Assembly (NCBI GenBank): GCA_963701965.1 | Contig: OY969695.1 | Coordinates: 3,008,001-3,072,000 of the forward strand | Length of the DNA stretch: 64,000 nucleotides | Origin: an uncultured Gemmatimonadales bacterium | GTDB taxonomy: Bacteria; Gemmatimonadota; Gemmatimonadetes; Gemmatimonadales; Gemmatimonadaceae | Direction of reading: 5' to 3' | Shown here: one piece after another, positions 10,438-21,487 of the stretch | Layout of the letters: every line of letters starts with the position of its first letter | How positions within the stretch are numbered: position 1 is the stretch's first letter | Notes under the pieces: model-generated | Database searches by the model: none | Seen by the model: only the letters and a program-made list of their open reading frames with translations | What the model was told of the DNA's origin: nothing | Position numbers and translations under genes: made by a program

Positions 10438-12075
10438 TCGCAGCCCGTAACGGGGCGCGGGCTCGGGTTGCGGCCGAGCTTCACCAGCGAACACGCCAGG
10501 CCGTGGCGGGCCTCACGGTCGGTGACATCCAGCTCCACGGCGCGCACGTAGAAGCGACGCGCCAATTCGTAGTGCGCTGTCCGGTACTCGCGGTCGGCGA
10601 GTGCGCGCATGGCGCTGGCCGAGTTCTGCACCCGCTGCGTGCCGGCCACGCGCTGGCGCGCGAGGCCCACCGCCACCAGGACGATCGCCGCGGCCGCGAG
10701 CAGCAGCGCGATCGCGAAAGTGTGGCTCTTGGACTTTGGGCGTGAGGCCGGCGGCAACTTCGGCATTGGCTTCGCCGGCGCCTTTGCCGACGTCTTCGGC
10801 GTCGTGCTTGGCGTCGTGCTCGGCATCGCGCCCGGCATCGCGCCCGGCATCGCGTTCGGCATCGTGCTCGGCATCGCGCCCGGCCTCGCGTCCGGCGTCG
10901 CCGGCACGGCAGTCGCCCGTATCGCGGTCGTCGGCATGAGGGCCGGAGTCGTGCGCGGGGGCGCCGTTACCGTCGGCGCCGAAGGCGCCACGGGTGATAT
11001 TGGCGCGATGGCTCTGGTACGAACAGGCTCGGCCGCGGCGATGCCCGACGCGGCCGACCGGGCACGCGGCGCTGTGCCCTGCACCATGGCCCGCAGCAGC
11101 GCCTCACCCGCAATCCGCTCGGCGGGCGTCTGCCTGATGGCATCAATAGTCGCCAACAACTCGTCAGTCGTCGCGAACCGTTTGTCGGGTTCTTTCTCCA
11201 GCATGCGCAGCACGGCCACCGTGAGCGCCGCCGGCGTATCCGACCGCATGAGCGTCCAGTCGGGCACGGGCGTGAACCAGTGATGCTGGATGATCTCCGG
11301 CAGCGAGTCCCCTTCGAACGGCACACTGCCCGTCAGCATTCTGATACGCGACGACGCCGAGCGAGTACTGGTCCGACTGCGGGCCCACCGGCTTGCCGCC
11401 GCACTGCTCGGGACTCATGAAATGCGGAGTCCCGATCATGGCGCCGGTCGCGGTGAGCGTACCGGATTCGACCGCCCGCGCGATGCCGAAGTCCGACACG
11501 ACGACGCGCCCGTCGCGATCGATCAGGATGTTGGCGCCCTTGATGTCCCGATGGACGATGCCATGCTGATGGGCAAACGCCAGCGCCGCCGCCGCGGCGT
11601 GCATCACGATGAGCACCACGGACAGCGGCAGGGGCGCATAGGCCTCGACCACGGCATCGAGCGGCCGCCCGTCGATGTACTTCATGGCCATGTACATGAC
11701 GCCGCCCGTCTGCCCGACGCGATACACCGGGATGACATTCGGATGATCGAGCGACGCGGCCAACCGCGCCTCGCGCTTGAAGCGATCCGCGATCGTCCCC
11801 ACCGGCGCCAACTCCGGCGGCAACACCTTGAGCGCGATGACGCGGTCCAACTCGATCTCGCGCGCTTTGTAGACGACCGCCATGCCCCCGCGGCCCAGTT
11901 CGCGCTCGACCTCGTACTCGCTCCCGAGGGCCCGCTTGAGCATCGCCAGCGCGCGCTCGGGCTCCGTGGCGCCCATGTCGATCGTCCCGTCGCCGGCGCC
12001 CGTCACCGGCGTGCCGCAGGTGACGCAGAACTTCGAGTTGGCCGACGCGAGAGTGCCGCACTGGGGGCAGAACAT
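10434..12075 (-). CDS. Hanks-type Ser/Thr kinase (N-terminal zinc ribbon, repeat linker, TM, short TPR), frameshift near 11340
   Basis: MFCPQCG..C..CG; LGRGGMAVVY, HRDIKGAN, DFG, GTPHFMSPE; continues in ORF 10434-11339 after one extra base. Confidence 0.88.
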
Positions 12076-12109
12076 GGCTACTGCTGTGACTGGGAAAACG
12101 CCCCTCAGG

Positions 12110-12787
12110 TCACGCCGGACCGAACTCCCGCGCCAACGTCCGCAGCACGGTGTCATCGAGTCGATGACCGCCGTCGAACTCCAGCATCGTAAAGGGCTTG
12201 TCCGCCTGGCGGAGGGCCGCCTCCTGGCGCGCCACCCGTTCCGCCGACCCGTACATGTCCCGTGTCCCCAGGACCATGACTAACTCCGACCGGCGGAGGG
12301 CGGTGTCGACGTCGAGCGGGACGTCGTCGGGGATCGCGCCGGCCCAGCAGATCGTCCGATCGACCCGGAGCTGGGTCCGCGACAGCCAGCGGGTGACCGT
12401 CGCGACGCCCTGGGAGAACCCCAGCACGGTCACGCGGACCGCGTCGCGCGCGACTTCGCGGAAGATCGCGCGATAGACCGCATCGAGGTACGTGACCTGA
12501 TCGGCGATCTCGCTCGTCCGGTCCTCTTTCGTCATCCACGTCGCGCCGACGCCGGACGTGCCCGACGCGCCGGGCGTCGGGTCGAGGTAGTACCGGTTCA
12601 GGGCCTCGGGAGCGATGACGAGATGAACGCCGTCGTCCGCTGGGGCGAATTGGGCGAGAAACTCGCCCGCCAGTTGGCCGTAGCCGTGGCACACGATCCA
12701 GACGGCGCGGATGCCGTTGCCGTTGCCCAGGGTGTAGTACCGCGCCGTTCGCGGCACGGTGAGATGGTGTTCATGCGGTGCCGTCAT
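12110..12787 (-). CDS. Alpha/beta hydrolase (phospholipase/carboxylesterase-like)
   Basis: HGYGQ, GFSQG nucleophile, FDGGH. Confidence 0.85.
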   Translation of the reverse strand: MTAPHEHHLTVPRTARYYTLGNGNGIRAVWIVCHGYGQLAGEFLAQFAPADDGVHLVIAPEALNRYYLDPTPGASGTSGVGATWMTKEDRTSEIADQVTYLDAVYRAIFREVARDAVRVTVLGFSQGVATVTRWLSRTQLRVDRTICWAGAIPDDVPLDVDTALRRSELVMVLGTRDMYGSAERVARQEAALRQADKPFTMLEFDGGHRLDDTVLRTLAREFGPA

Positions 12788-13524
12788 TGCGCGTGGGCGT
12801 CTCGTTCGGCCGGCGCCACGAAGTTGAACCCCCGCAGGACGAGCGCGCCGTGCCGTCCGCGGTTCGGATCGAGTGTGTAGGTCGTGACGGAGCCGTTGGC
12901 CACATCTTCCCCTTTGTCCAGCGCCAGAAGCTCCGCTTCGGTCAGGTGCTCCAGGATATAACGGAAGCAGAGCACGACCACGGAATGGGCGACGATCAGG
13001 ACGCGTTCGCCCGCGTACTCCCGCGTCATCGAGTCCACGAGCGTGCGCAGCCGCAGGATCACATTGGCCCAGCTCTCGCCGCCAGGGGGGCGGTGATAGA
13101 TCTTGCCCAGAAACCGGCGGAGTGACGCTTGTTCTGGTTGGCGCGCGAGGATCCCGTCGCCGGTCAGCCCGTCGAGGATGCCGAACTCCTTCTCCCGCAG
13201 GCGTTCATCCGTGTACACGGGGATGTGGTCGAAGCCGGCCGCCTCGATGAGAATGTGGGCGGTGCGGAACGCCCGTTCGTAGGGCGACGTCAGGATGATG
13301 CTCGGCTGCTCGTGCGGGGGTTTGGCGGCGAACCAGCGGCCGAGGGCCGCCGATTGCATCTCCCCGCGTGGCGAGAGCGGGATGTCGACGTCGCGGATCC
13401 GGATGCCGATCGACTGGCGACCTTCGGCCAGCGCTGCATCACGGGCGACGTTCCCGGCGCTCTCGCCGTGCCGGACCACCCATAGCGTCGAGGGCCAGAG
13501 GTCGCTCGGGAGGGAAGGGCTCAC
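12784..13524 (-). CDS. Histidine phosphatase (phosphoglycerate mutase family)
   Basis: VRHGES, SPY.RA, LREKEFG, PPGGES, VAH; GTG start overlaps the lspA stop. Confidence 0.88.
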   Translation of the reverse strand: MSPSLPSDLWPSTLWVVRHGESAGNVARDAALAEGRQSIGIRIRDVDIPLSPRGEMQSAALGRWFAAKPPHEQPSIILTSPYERAFRTAHILIEAAGFDHIPVYTDERLREKEFGILDGLTGDGILARQPEQASLRRFLGKIYHRPPGGESWANVILRLRTLVDSMTREYAGERVLIVAHSVVVLCFRYILEHLTEAELLALDKGEDVANGSVTTYTLDPNRGRHGALVLRGFNFVAPAERDAHAQ

Positions 13525-14099
13525 TGCCGAAGCATAACCCGCCGTTCGGCGAGGATCACTCGCACCACCGTGATGGCGGCGCGGACGGTCAGCACGACGC
13601 CGAGCGCGGCGGCGACGTCGGCAAAATTGAAGACCAGCAGATGCCCACCCCCGTGCTCGATCGCCATGAAATCGACGACCCCGCGCGGCGTCGTGATCAG
13701 GCTGAACAAATTCCCGGTGGCGGCGCCGGCGATGAGACCGAGCATGACCGGTGACCATCGGTCGATCACGGCCAGCGGCTTACAGAGTGAGAACGCCAGC
13801 AGGAGCGCGATCAGCGTCAGCGCGCAGTTGATCTCCCACGTGTACGGCCCCACCGATATCCCAAACGCCGATTGATCGTTGTGGGCCAACACCAGCCGCA
13901 TGGCGCCGGGAATGATGGGCACATTGCCCCAGGCCGTGAGCAGTCGCGACGCGACGGCTTTCGAGACGAGGTCGAGCGCGACGACCACCGCGAACCAGAT
14001 CGCGAACGTGCGGCGCGGGTGTTTGGGGACCGGATGGGGCGACGGGACGATAGGCGCCGAAGCGGTGATCCGGCGCTGCCAGAGGGGGGTCGTGCGCAC
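13521..14099 (-). CDS. lspA: Signal peptidase II-like protein
   Basis: LD..SK, N...AFG, GA.GN, GVVDF, FNFAD; somewhat divergent. Confidence 0.7.
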   Translation of the reverse strand: MRTTPLWQRRITASAPIVPSPHPVPKHPRRTFAIWFAVVVALDLVSKAVASRLLTAWGNVPIIPGAMRLVLAHNDQSAFGISVGPYTWEINCALTLIALLLAFSLCKPLAVIDRWSPVMLGLIAGAATGNLFSLITTPRGVVDFMAIEHGGGHLLVFNFADVAAALGVVLTVRAAITVVRVILAERRVMLRQ

Positions 14100-14272
14100 G
14101 GACCTCCCTCTCGCACGGCTCGTACCGTCGCGATCGATCTGCTAAGGCAATACCGGACCAAGGGTTAACGCCGCCGTCCCGGCCCAGTCGTGTTGCGGCT
14201 TTACGACACTTTTGCCACGTTGCAGGCTCATGTACTGGCGCGCGACGGCGTCGCTGGCTGCTCGGTGGCGCG

Positions 14273-14920
14273 GTGTGGGCCGGCGTTACCGGCTCGGCGT
14301 TCATCGGGAGTGGCATGCTACCCCAAACCCTGCCGATGCTGATCGGGCTGCCCGGAATGCTGGCGTTTCTAGGCGTCCGACTCGGGCGGTCGCTCCGGCA
14401 ATCGAGCGCGTTCGAGCAGGCGGAGATCCCGTACGAATCCGGAGGTGGCAAGTACCCGCCCCGGGTTGGCTTCGCTCGTGCCGACGGTGGCGATGGGTGG
14501 CGCATCCACATTGAGTCGATCGTGTCCAAGGGCCACGTGAGTGAGATCATTGGCAGTGCGGCGTACCGCGCGGCGGGAAGCATGTTGCCGGTCGCCAACG
14601 TGTTCGGAGCATCGCGTTCGGCGGTCGCGGACGCGGTGAGATTGCTTGAAGTGAACGTCGATCCGCAGGCGCACTTCGCGAAGACCGTCGACCGTCTGTG
14701 CCGGGCAGGGTACGCGTATGCCAGCATGGAGGCCATTCCGCCCGCAATGCGCTCGAGTCTGGAGATCGCCGCCCATGAAGAAAGTGAGCGCCGGGCGCTG
14801 GAGGGCGAGCTCGCCGCGTTGGAGGCACAGTGGCGCCTGGCCGAGGAAATCGCCGGGATCGCCGACAACTTGTTGCTGCCGCCATCAGTCGGTCGCTTTA
14901 TCGAAAAACATCGACCCTGA
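14273..14920 (+). CDS. Hypothetical membrane-anchored protein
   Basis: 215-aa ORF with N-terminal hydrophobic segment and C-terminal LEIAAHEESERRALEGELAALEAQWR.AEEIAGIAD; start uncertain. Confidence 0.5.
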   Translation: MWAGVTGSAFIGSGMLPQTLPMLIGLPGMLAFLGVRLGRSLRQSSAFEQAEIPYESGGGKYPPRVGFARADGGDGWRIHIESIVSKGHVSEIIGSAAYRAAGSMLPVANVFGASRSAVADAVRLLEVNVDPQAHFAKTVDRLCRAGYAYASMEAIPPAMRSSLEIAAHEESERRALEGELAALEAQWRLAEEIAGIADNLLLPPSVGRFIEKHRP

Positions 14921-14961
14921 GCCGTTGCCGGGCGCCGGGTTGGTCGGCTACTCATTGCCGG

Positions 14962-15492
14962 ATGGCATTGTCTCTGAGAGTCCCGCGCGTGCAGCCGTTC
15001 GAAATTCGGAAGTCCTCCATCCAGGGGCGCGGCGGTTTCGCGACCCGGCGTATTCGAAAGGGAGCGCGGGTTGCCGAGTACTTGGGCGAGCGAATCTCGC
15101 ACGACGAGGGCGACCGGCGGTACGACGACGACACGATGCAACGCCATCACACGTTTCTCTTCGTCGTCAACAACAAGATCGTGATCGATGCCGGAGTGGA
15201 CGGGAACGACGCCCGCTATATCAACCACTCCTGCGACCCCAACTGTGAGGCGGTCATCGAAGACAAGCGCGTCTTCATCGACGCCCTCAGGACCATCGAG
15301 CCCGGGGAAGAGCTGTTCTACGACTACGCGTACGAGCGCGACGACGCCACGCTCAAGGGCTCGGCCGCCGACGCCCAGTACCCGTGCCGCTGCGGTGCCG
15401 CCAACTGCCGAGGGACCATCCTGGCCCCCGAAAAGAAGAAGCGGAAGCCCAAGAAGAAGGCGGCCAAGCGCCCCGCGAAGACGCGGCGTTAG
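14962..15492 (+). CDS. SET domain protein (putative lysine methyltransferase) with post-SET Cys motif and Lys-rich tail
   Basis: IQGRGGFA, ARYINHSCDPN, GEELFYDY, CRCGAANCRG. Confidence 0.9.
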   Translation: MALSLRVPRVQPFEIRKSSIQGRGGFATRRIRKGARVAEYLGERISHDEGDRRYDDDTMQRHHTFLFVVNNKIVIDAGVDGNDARYINHSCDPNCEAVIEDKRVFIDALRTIEPGEELFYDYAYERDDATLKGSAADAQYPCRCGAANCRGTILAPEKKKRKPKKKAAKRPAKTRR

Positions 15493-15502
15493 ATTTTCCC
15501 GC

Positions 15503-17603
15503 ATGAACAAACGGCTCCTCATTCTGGCGGGGATTGTCGCCGGTTGTACGCATGCGCCGGCCACCCCGAGCCCATCTCCGGCCACGGTCGCCGTGGCGCC
15601 CAAGGACACCACGCGCGCCGACACGACCGCCCAGGCCAACGCCCAGCGCGTCCGCACGCCGCGCCTGCGGGCGCCGATCACCATGCAGTCGGACCCGTTC
15701 TTCCCGATGAGCCGGGCCGATTGGCCCGGCCCGAACAGCTATCGGGAGGCGTCGGGATCCCCGGGCCCCGACTACTGGCAACAGCGCGCCGACTACTCGA
15801 TCAAGGCGACCCTCGACACGACCAAGCAGAGCGTGACGGGTGACGTCACCGTCACCTACACGAACAACTCGCCGGACACGCTGCGCTTCGTGTGGATGCA
15901 GGCCGACCAGAACATCTACAAGGGCGAAAGCGAGGGCAACGCGCTCTATCCGGCCGACACCCGCACATTGGCCGGCGCGTTCGAAGGCGGCTACACGTTC
16001 AGCGCCGTGGCCGTCAACGGCGCATCCGTCAAGCCGCACATCGACGACACGATGATGCGCCTCGACCTCCCGGCGCCCCTCGCGCCGCGCGGCGGCAAGG
16101 CCACCATCACCATCGCCTACGCCTTCCGCGTGCCCGAGCACGGGTCGGATCGGATGGGCCGCGACGGAACGCTCTACGAGATCGCCCAGTGGTATCCCCG
16201 CATGGCCGTCTACGATGACGTGCGCGGCTGGAACGTGGATCAATACTTGGGGCAGGGCGAGTTTTACCTGGAGTACGGCGACATCGACTACACGGTCACC
16301 GTGCCGGCCGGCTATACGGTCGCCGGCAGCGGCGTCCTGGAAAACCCGGGCGACGTGCTCAGCGCCGCGATCCGCCAGCGCCTCGCCCGCGCGATCACGT
16401 CGCGCGACGTCGTCCAGATCATTCCTGGCAAGGAAGCCGTCGCCAAGCCGACGCCGGGTACCAAGACCTGGCGCTTCCGCGCCCGCAATGTCCGCGATGT
16501 CGCCTGGGCGGCGGCGCCGGATTTCCGGTGGGACGCGACGAGTGTGCGCGGCGTGCTCTGCCAGGCGTACTACCAGATCGCCAAGGCCGGCGCCGAGTGG
16601 GAGCAAGCGGCGGAGAACACGCAATGGACCATCGGCACGTACTCCGAGCTCCTGTCGCCGTATCCGTATCCCCAGGCCACCGCGGTGGCCGGACCCGTCG
16701 GCGGCATGGAGTACCCGATGTTCGTGATGGACGGCTACACGAACCCCGAGCTCCCGGGTGACGTGTTCCGGACCAATGACCACGAGCATGGCCACGAGTG
16801 GTTCCCGATGATCGTCGGATCGAACGAGCGACGCTACGCGTGGATGGACGAGGGGATCAACACCTACATCAATGCGTTCTCGCAGGAGCGCCGGTACGGC
16901 ACGGATCTGAGCAAGTGGCCGAACGGCATGAGCAACTATCTGACCCTCCTCGGCGACTGGTACAACGCGAACCGGGTCGGCGCGGATGCGCCGCTCATGG
17001 AGCGCCCGGATCATTTCGCGGATCAGCAAGTGATGGCCGTCGAAGCGTATGAGAAGCCCGCCGCAGTGCTCCTGACGCTGCGGAACCATGTCGTTGGTCC
17101 TGAATCGATGGATCGGGCCATGCGGGAGTACGTGCACCGGTGGTCGTTCAAACATCCCACCCCGGGTGACTTTTTCCGGACGGTGGAGAACGTCGCCGGG
17201 AAAGACCTGTCGTGGTTCTGGCGCGGGTTCTTCTACTCGACCGACGTCCTGGACATCGGCATCGACAGCGTGACCACGCACCCGGGTGCGGACGGACGGC
17301 CCATCGCCTCCATCGAGCTCGAACGCCACACGTCGATCGTCTTTCCTGTCGAGTTGCGCTTGGCGCTGGCCGATGGCTCGGTCAAAGACGTGAGCCTGCC
17401 GGTAGACATTCTGGTCGCGCGGCATGCATTTCACCGCCGAGATCCCCGTGTCCGCCGACGTGCGGGGCGCCCGGCTGTGGCCGGACCGGTCGTCGATCCC
17501 CGACATGAATCCCCGCAACGACACCTGGGGCACGCCGCCCGCGGGCGACAAGCCGCACGCGGCGACCACCGGAGGTCTGGCGCCCCAGTTCACGGCGCGC
17601 TGA
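15503..17603 (+). CDS. M1 family aminopeptidase, lipoprotein, frameshift near 17410
   Basis: Lipobox IVAGC; YWQQRADY, GGMEYP, HEHGHEWF..18..E; C-terminus continues in a shifted frame to TGA at 17601-17603. Confidence 0.88.
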
Positions 17604-17614
17604 TATTTCCCGCT

Positions 17615-17785
17615 ATGACTGAATCACCGAAGTACGTGCCGTTCAAGAAGCAGGGCTGGGGCTTTGCCTCCTTCATTGTCATCCTGGCGCTGGCGATCAC
17701 GTACGGCACCTATCTGATTCACAAAGCGACCTATCGGTCGCCGCGCGATCCCACGACGCTGGGCGCCATCAATCACAACCCCTAG
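17615..17785 (+). CDS. Small single-TM membrane protein (56 aa)
   Basis: ATG 17615 to TAG; one hydrophobic helix. Confidence 0.55.
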   Translation: MTESPKYVPFKKQGWGFASFIVILALAITYGTYLIHKATYRSPRDPTTLGAINHNP

Positions 17786-17806
17786 GCGCCCTAGGCGCCC
17801 TAGGCG
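17780..17806. repeat. 9-bp tandem repeat (CCCTAGGCG) x3
   Basis: Directly visible between convergent genes. Confidence 0.85.
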
Positions 17807-17869
17807 TTGCCGCCCGGCGCAGCCGAGCGCTGTCCAACCGACCCGAACTCTGGCAACGCGAAGCGTTGC

Positions 17870-19513
17870 CTAGAGTTCGAACCAGAAAGTTGTTTTGACC
17901 CCGGGTTCCGACTCGAAGCCGATCTCGCCGCCGTGCTGCTCGACGATCGCCTTGGCGATCACGAGCCCCAGGCCCGTGCCGCCCCGCTGTCGGTTATCCG
18001 CGCCGTCGAGCTGCTGAAAGCGCCGGAATAGGCGCTCCCGGTCTGCCGGCTCGATTCCGGGCCCCGGGTTCTCGATGGCGAACCGCACGCCCCTCGCCCC
18101 ATCGAGCGTCCGGATACAGACCACGGACCCCGTGGGCGAGAACTTGATCGCGTTCGAGATCAAGTTGAGCAACACCTGCACGATGCGGTCATGGTCGGCC
18201 CGCACGGACCGCGTGCTGCCCACCACCTGCTCCAGCCGGATGCCGTAGACGTCCGCCGTCCCGGCGATCCCGCTCACCGCGGCCCGCACGATCTCGGCCG
18301 GCGCGCACGTCGTCAACGCGAGCGTCATCCGACCCGCTTCGATCTTGTCGAGATCGAGCATGTCGTTGATGAGACGGATCAACCGTTCGCAATTCTCGCG
18401 GGCGACTCGCACGAGCTCGCGCCCGCGCGGACCCAGCTCGCCGCTCACGCCCGCGTCCAAGAGACCGAGCGCGCCGCGTATCGACGTCAACGGTGTGCGC
18501 AGCTCATGCGACACTGTCGAGACGAACTCGTTCTTGAGCCGGTCGAGCGCTTTCCAGGCGCTGATGTCGCGCATGATGGTCGACAGAAACCACACGCCGC
18601 CTTGCGCCGACTGATGGGCCACGATCGCCTGCGAGACCGGCACGTCCTTGCCGTCCGCGCCGCGCACGGTCGTCTCGCCCGTCCACGACCCATCGCGGAT
18701 GGCACCCGGCAGCGCGACCTCCCACATGTGCCGCCGGGCCTCGGCTGAATGCAACGTCTCGACCGACAGCTCGGCGATCCCGGCGCCGTCGGAGATGCCG
18801 ACGAGCCGCCGTCCGGCGCGATTGAGATAGACGGTGTGCCCGGCCATCGTGTAGATCGCGACCAGATCAGCCGTCGCTTCCAGCGTCGCCACGAGTCGCC
18901 GCTGGGCCTCCTCGGCCCGCCGCTGTTCCGTCACATCCCGAAAGCCGCCATGCGTGGCCACCGCTTTCCCGTGCTCGAAGCGCGGCGTCACATAGCCCGA
19001 CACCACCAACCGGCGCCCACTCTTCGTCACGAACACGGTATCGACGACGCTCATGCGCTCGCCGCCCAGGGCCCGCTCGACGACCCGCCGAAACGCGTCC
19101 CGGTGCTCGGTGACCACGACATCATCGATCCGCAGATTGGCGACTTCCCCGGGCGAGAATCCCAACGCATCGCGCCACGTCCGGTTGACGTAGAGCAAGC
19201 GGCCGTCCGGCGCGGCGGTATGGATCAAGTCACTCGACGAATCGAGCACGTCACCCAAACGCTCTTCGCTCTCGCGGCGGGTCTGCTCGCTGCGCGCGTA
19301 GCGGATGGCGCGCTCCAGACCCCAGGTGTCGAGATGGGCCTTCTCCAGCGCGTCGTCCATGAGCAGCAAGTCCGGCCCGCGCCCCTCCAAGCGCATATCA
19401 TAGACGCCATCGGCCAGGGCCGCGTTCCGCACCCAGTCCACCTGGTGCGCCGGAAGCATCGCGCGGATCTTCCGCGCGTCGCTCTCGTCTTCCTCGATCA
19501 GCAGGATGCGCAT
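17870..19513 (-). CDS. Cytoplasmic PAS-PAS histidine kinase with degenerate N-terminal receiver-like segment
   Basis: MRILLIEED start; two PAS domains; VSHELRTPL, NAIKFS, GTGLGL. Confidence 0.88.
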   Translation of the reverse strand: MRILLIEEDESDARKIRAMLPAHQVDWVRNAALADGVYDMRLEGRGPDLLLMDDALEKAHLDTWGLERAIRYARSEQTRRESEERLGDVLDSSSDLIHTAAPDGRLLYVNRTWRDALGFSPGEVANLRIDDVVVTEHRDAFRRVVERALGGERMSVVDTVFVTKSGRRLVVSGYVTPRFEHGKAVATHGGFRDVTEQRRAEEAQRRLVATLEATADLVAIYTMAGHTVYLNRAGRRLVGISDGAGIAELSVETLHSAEARRHMWEVALPGAIRDGSWTGETTVRGADGKDVPVSQAIVAHQSAQGGVWFLSTIMRDISAWKALDRLKNEFVSTVSHELRTPLTSIRGALGLLDAGVSGELGPRGRELVRVARENCERLIRLINDMLDLDKIEAGRMTLALTTCAPAEIVRAAVSGIAGTADVYGIRLEQVVGSTRSVRADHDRIVQVLLNLISNAIKFSPTGSVVCIRTLDGARGVRFAIENPGPGIEPADRERLFRRFQQLDGADNRQRGGTGLGLVIAKAIVEQHGGEIGFESEPGVKTTFWFEL

Positions 19514-19514
19514 A

Positions 19515-20747
19515 TCAGGCGGCGCCCGTGGCGGCCCGCAGGGCGTCGAGCGCTTGCACCACGTGGACGAGATCGCCCGGCTCGGCGGCGGCCGAGGACT
19601 CGCACGGTTCCGCCGCCGCGGCGGCCGCTTCGGCGAGCATGAGGATCTCGTTGAGCGCGTGTTCCTCGGCGATGGCCACGGCGCGCGCGTAGGCGGCGCG
19701 GGCCGCCGCGGTGTCGCCAAATCGCCGCTCGCCGTCACCCGCCAGCACGTGCAACCGGGCTTCCAGCGCCGGCAGGAGCGGCGCGACTATGAGCTCATCG
19801 CGATAGCGCTCGAATGCCGCGCGATCGCGCGCCCGCGAGGCGTCGTCCATGAGACTCAAGGCCGCCGACCACTGGACATCGGGCGTCGCCGACGTGCAAT
19901 AGAGCACCTGGAGCCCATCGCGCGCGGCGTCGCGCAGCCCGCGCGCGGCGAGCGTGGTGGCGAGATCGACGAGCGCGCGATCGCGGGACGCGGGTTCGGT
20001 GTACCGCCGAAACGCGTCAAAGAAATGCTGCGCCGCGCGGTCGAGATGCGGCGCGTGCACCTTGCCGCCGGGATGGGCCGTTGCCCGGTGGTAGAACACG
20101 TCGCCCAAACCATGCGTGGCCGCGGCCAACAGGTCGCCGAGCCCCGCCGTCAGCGCCTCGGCCCGCGCCGCCTCCAGCATCGTCTCGGCCGCGGGCAAAT
20201 TCCCGCGGTGCAGTGCCGCGGCCGCCTCGGCAATGCGGCCCAGCACGGCCCGACGCAGGGCGTCGCAGGGTCCCGGCGTTTCGGCGAGTCCTGCGACGCG
20301 GAGCGTCGCCAAGACCATGCGCTGACACGCTTCCACCCTCAGGCAGACATCGCCCCGGATCACCGCGTCGTCCGGCCCCGCATGCTCGGTGAACGTGAGA
20401 TAGGCGTCGATCGCCAGCGGCCATTCCGCCGCCGCGTGCAGCGCCCGGCCGTAGGCGGCGACGGACGCCAGCGGTGATGTCCCGGTCGGCTCGGCCATGG
20501 CGTACCATAGGGCGTGCAGGGGATCGAACAGCGGGCAATTACGCTCGATGCGCCGGACCGCGTTCCCGACAGCGTGCAGGCCGTCGGCCGGCAGCGCGCG
20601 CCCCTCGGCCCGGCACTGCACCCAACGGTCGAAGAGCCTCAATGTCACCAACCCAGCAGACGTCGTCCGCCACGCCACACTGGTTGGGTCCAGGGTAGCG
20701 AGCGCCTCGAAGTACGCGGCGTGGCGAAGTCCCCGTCGCTCCATCAT
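19515..20747 (-). CDS. Helical (TPR-like) hypothetical protein
   Basis: Ala/Leu-rich helical repeats; stop lies 1 nt upstream of the kinase start. Confidence 0.6.
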   Translation of the reverse strand: MMERRGLRHAAYFEALATLDPTSVAWRTTSAGLVTLRLFDRWVQCRAEGRALPADGLHAVGNAVRRIERNCPLFDPLHALWYAMAEPTGTSPLASVAAYGRALHAAAEWPLAIDAYLTFTEHAGPDDAVIRGDVCLRVEACQRMVLATLRVAGLAETPGPCDALRRAVLGRIAEAAAALHRGNLPAAETMLEAARAEALTAGLGDLLAAATHGLGDVFYHRATAHPGGKVHAPHLDRAAQHFFDAFRRYTEPASRDRALVDLATTLAARGLRDAARDGLQVLYCTSATPDVQWSAALSLMDDASRARDRAAFERYRDELIVAPLLPALEARLHVLAGDGERRFGDTAAARAAYARAVAIAEEHALNEILMLAEAAAAAAEPCESSAAAEPGDLVHVVQALDALRAATGAA

Positions 20748-20811
20748 GTGTCGCGGATAATACTTGACGCGCGCGGGCTGGTCGAGCAGGTTCGCCCTGG
20801 GAGGAGGGGTC

Positions 20812-21487
20812 GTGACTGATCTTGCTGTCGCGGAATCGCTCCACGTATATCGGGCCTGCGGGCTGTGCATCCGGTCCGATCTCCCGTTGCCGGAGTTGCC
20901 GGCGGCCGCCGACGGTGACGTGGTCGCGCTCGAAGTGCGATGGCTCGATGTGCCGGCGCCCGACGACCCGACCGATCCGGCGGGCCAGATCGACATCGAC
21001 GACGACGTCGCAATGGTATGGCGGACGGCGATCGGTCGGTGCATCGTCGCCGAGGGGGCGGACATTCTGCGTGGCGCCCGCGCCCGGCGCCGACCCGGCA
21101 CAGCTCCGGGAGTTTCTCCTGGGACCCGTGTTGCGGGTGGCCCTCCGCCAGCGCGGTTGGCTGCTCGTCCACGGGCGCGTGCTTGCCGTCGCCGAGCGTC
21201 GCATGGTCTGCCTCGACGCGACGGGCGCCTCGGTTGTGGCCCTGAGCGCCGGCGCGGACGATGTCGAGGCGCTCGAGGGATGCGCCAATGTGCCGACCGT
21301 CGTGGACGCGATCTATGTCATTGACGCGTGCGCGAGCGCGCGCCTGGAGCGGTTGGCGCCGCTCGACGCGCGCACGGCCCTGCTCCAGCATGTTTCCGGA
21401 GGCACGATGGCGCGGACCGGCCGCCTCGTGCAGAATGTGGTGACGGCCGTGCCGTTCTATCGGGTGCAGGGCCCGCCGTTCATTTGA
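20812..21487 (+). CDS. HPr-kinase-like protein, short/degenerate, frameshift near 21065
   Basis: GGAGG RBS; YRACGLCIRSDLPLPEL and LLGPVL..ALRQRG.LLVHG resemble HprK-related kinases; no P-loop found. Confidence 0.55.

Noticed and set aside
15188..17785. 865-aa peptidase fused to a C-terminal TM peptide
   Set aside because: Artefact of the frameshift near 17410; the peptidase ends at 17603 and the small ORF has its own ATG.
20812..21487. Lasso peptide cluster
   Set aside because: HprK-like gene only; no cyclase, B proteins or precursor in the window.
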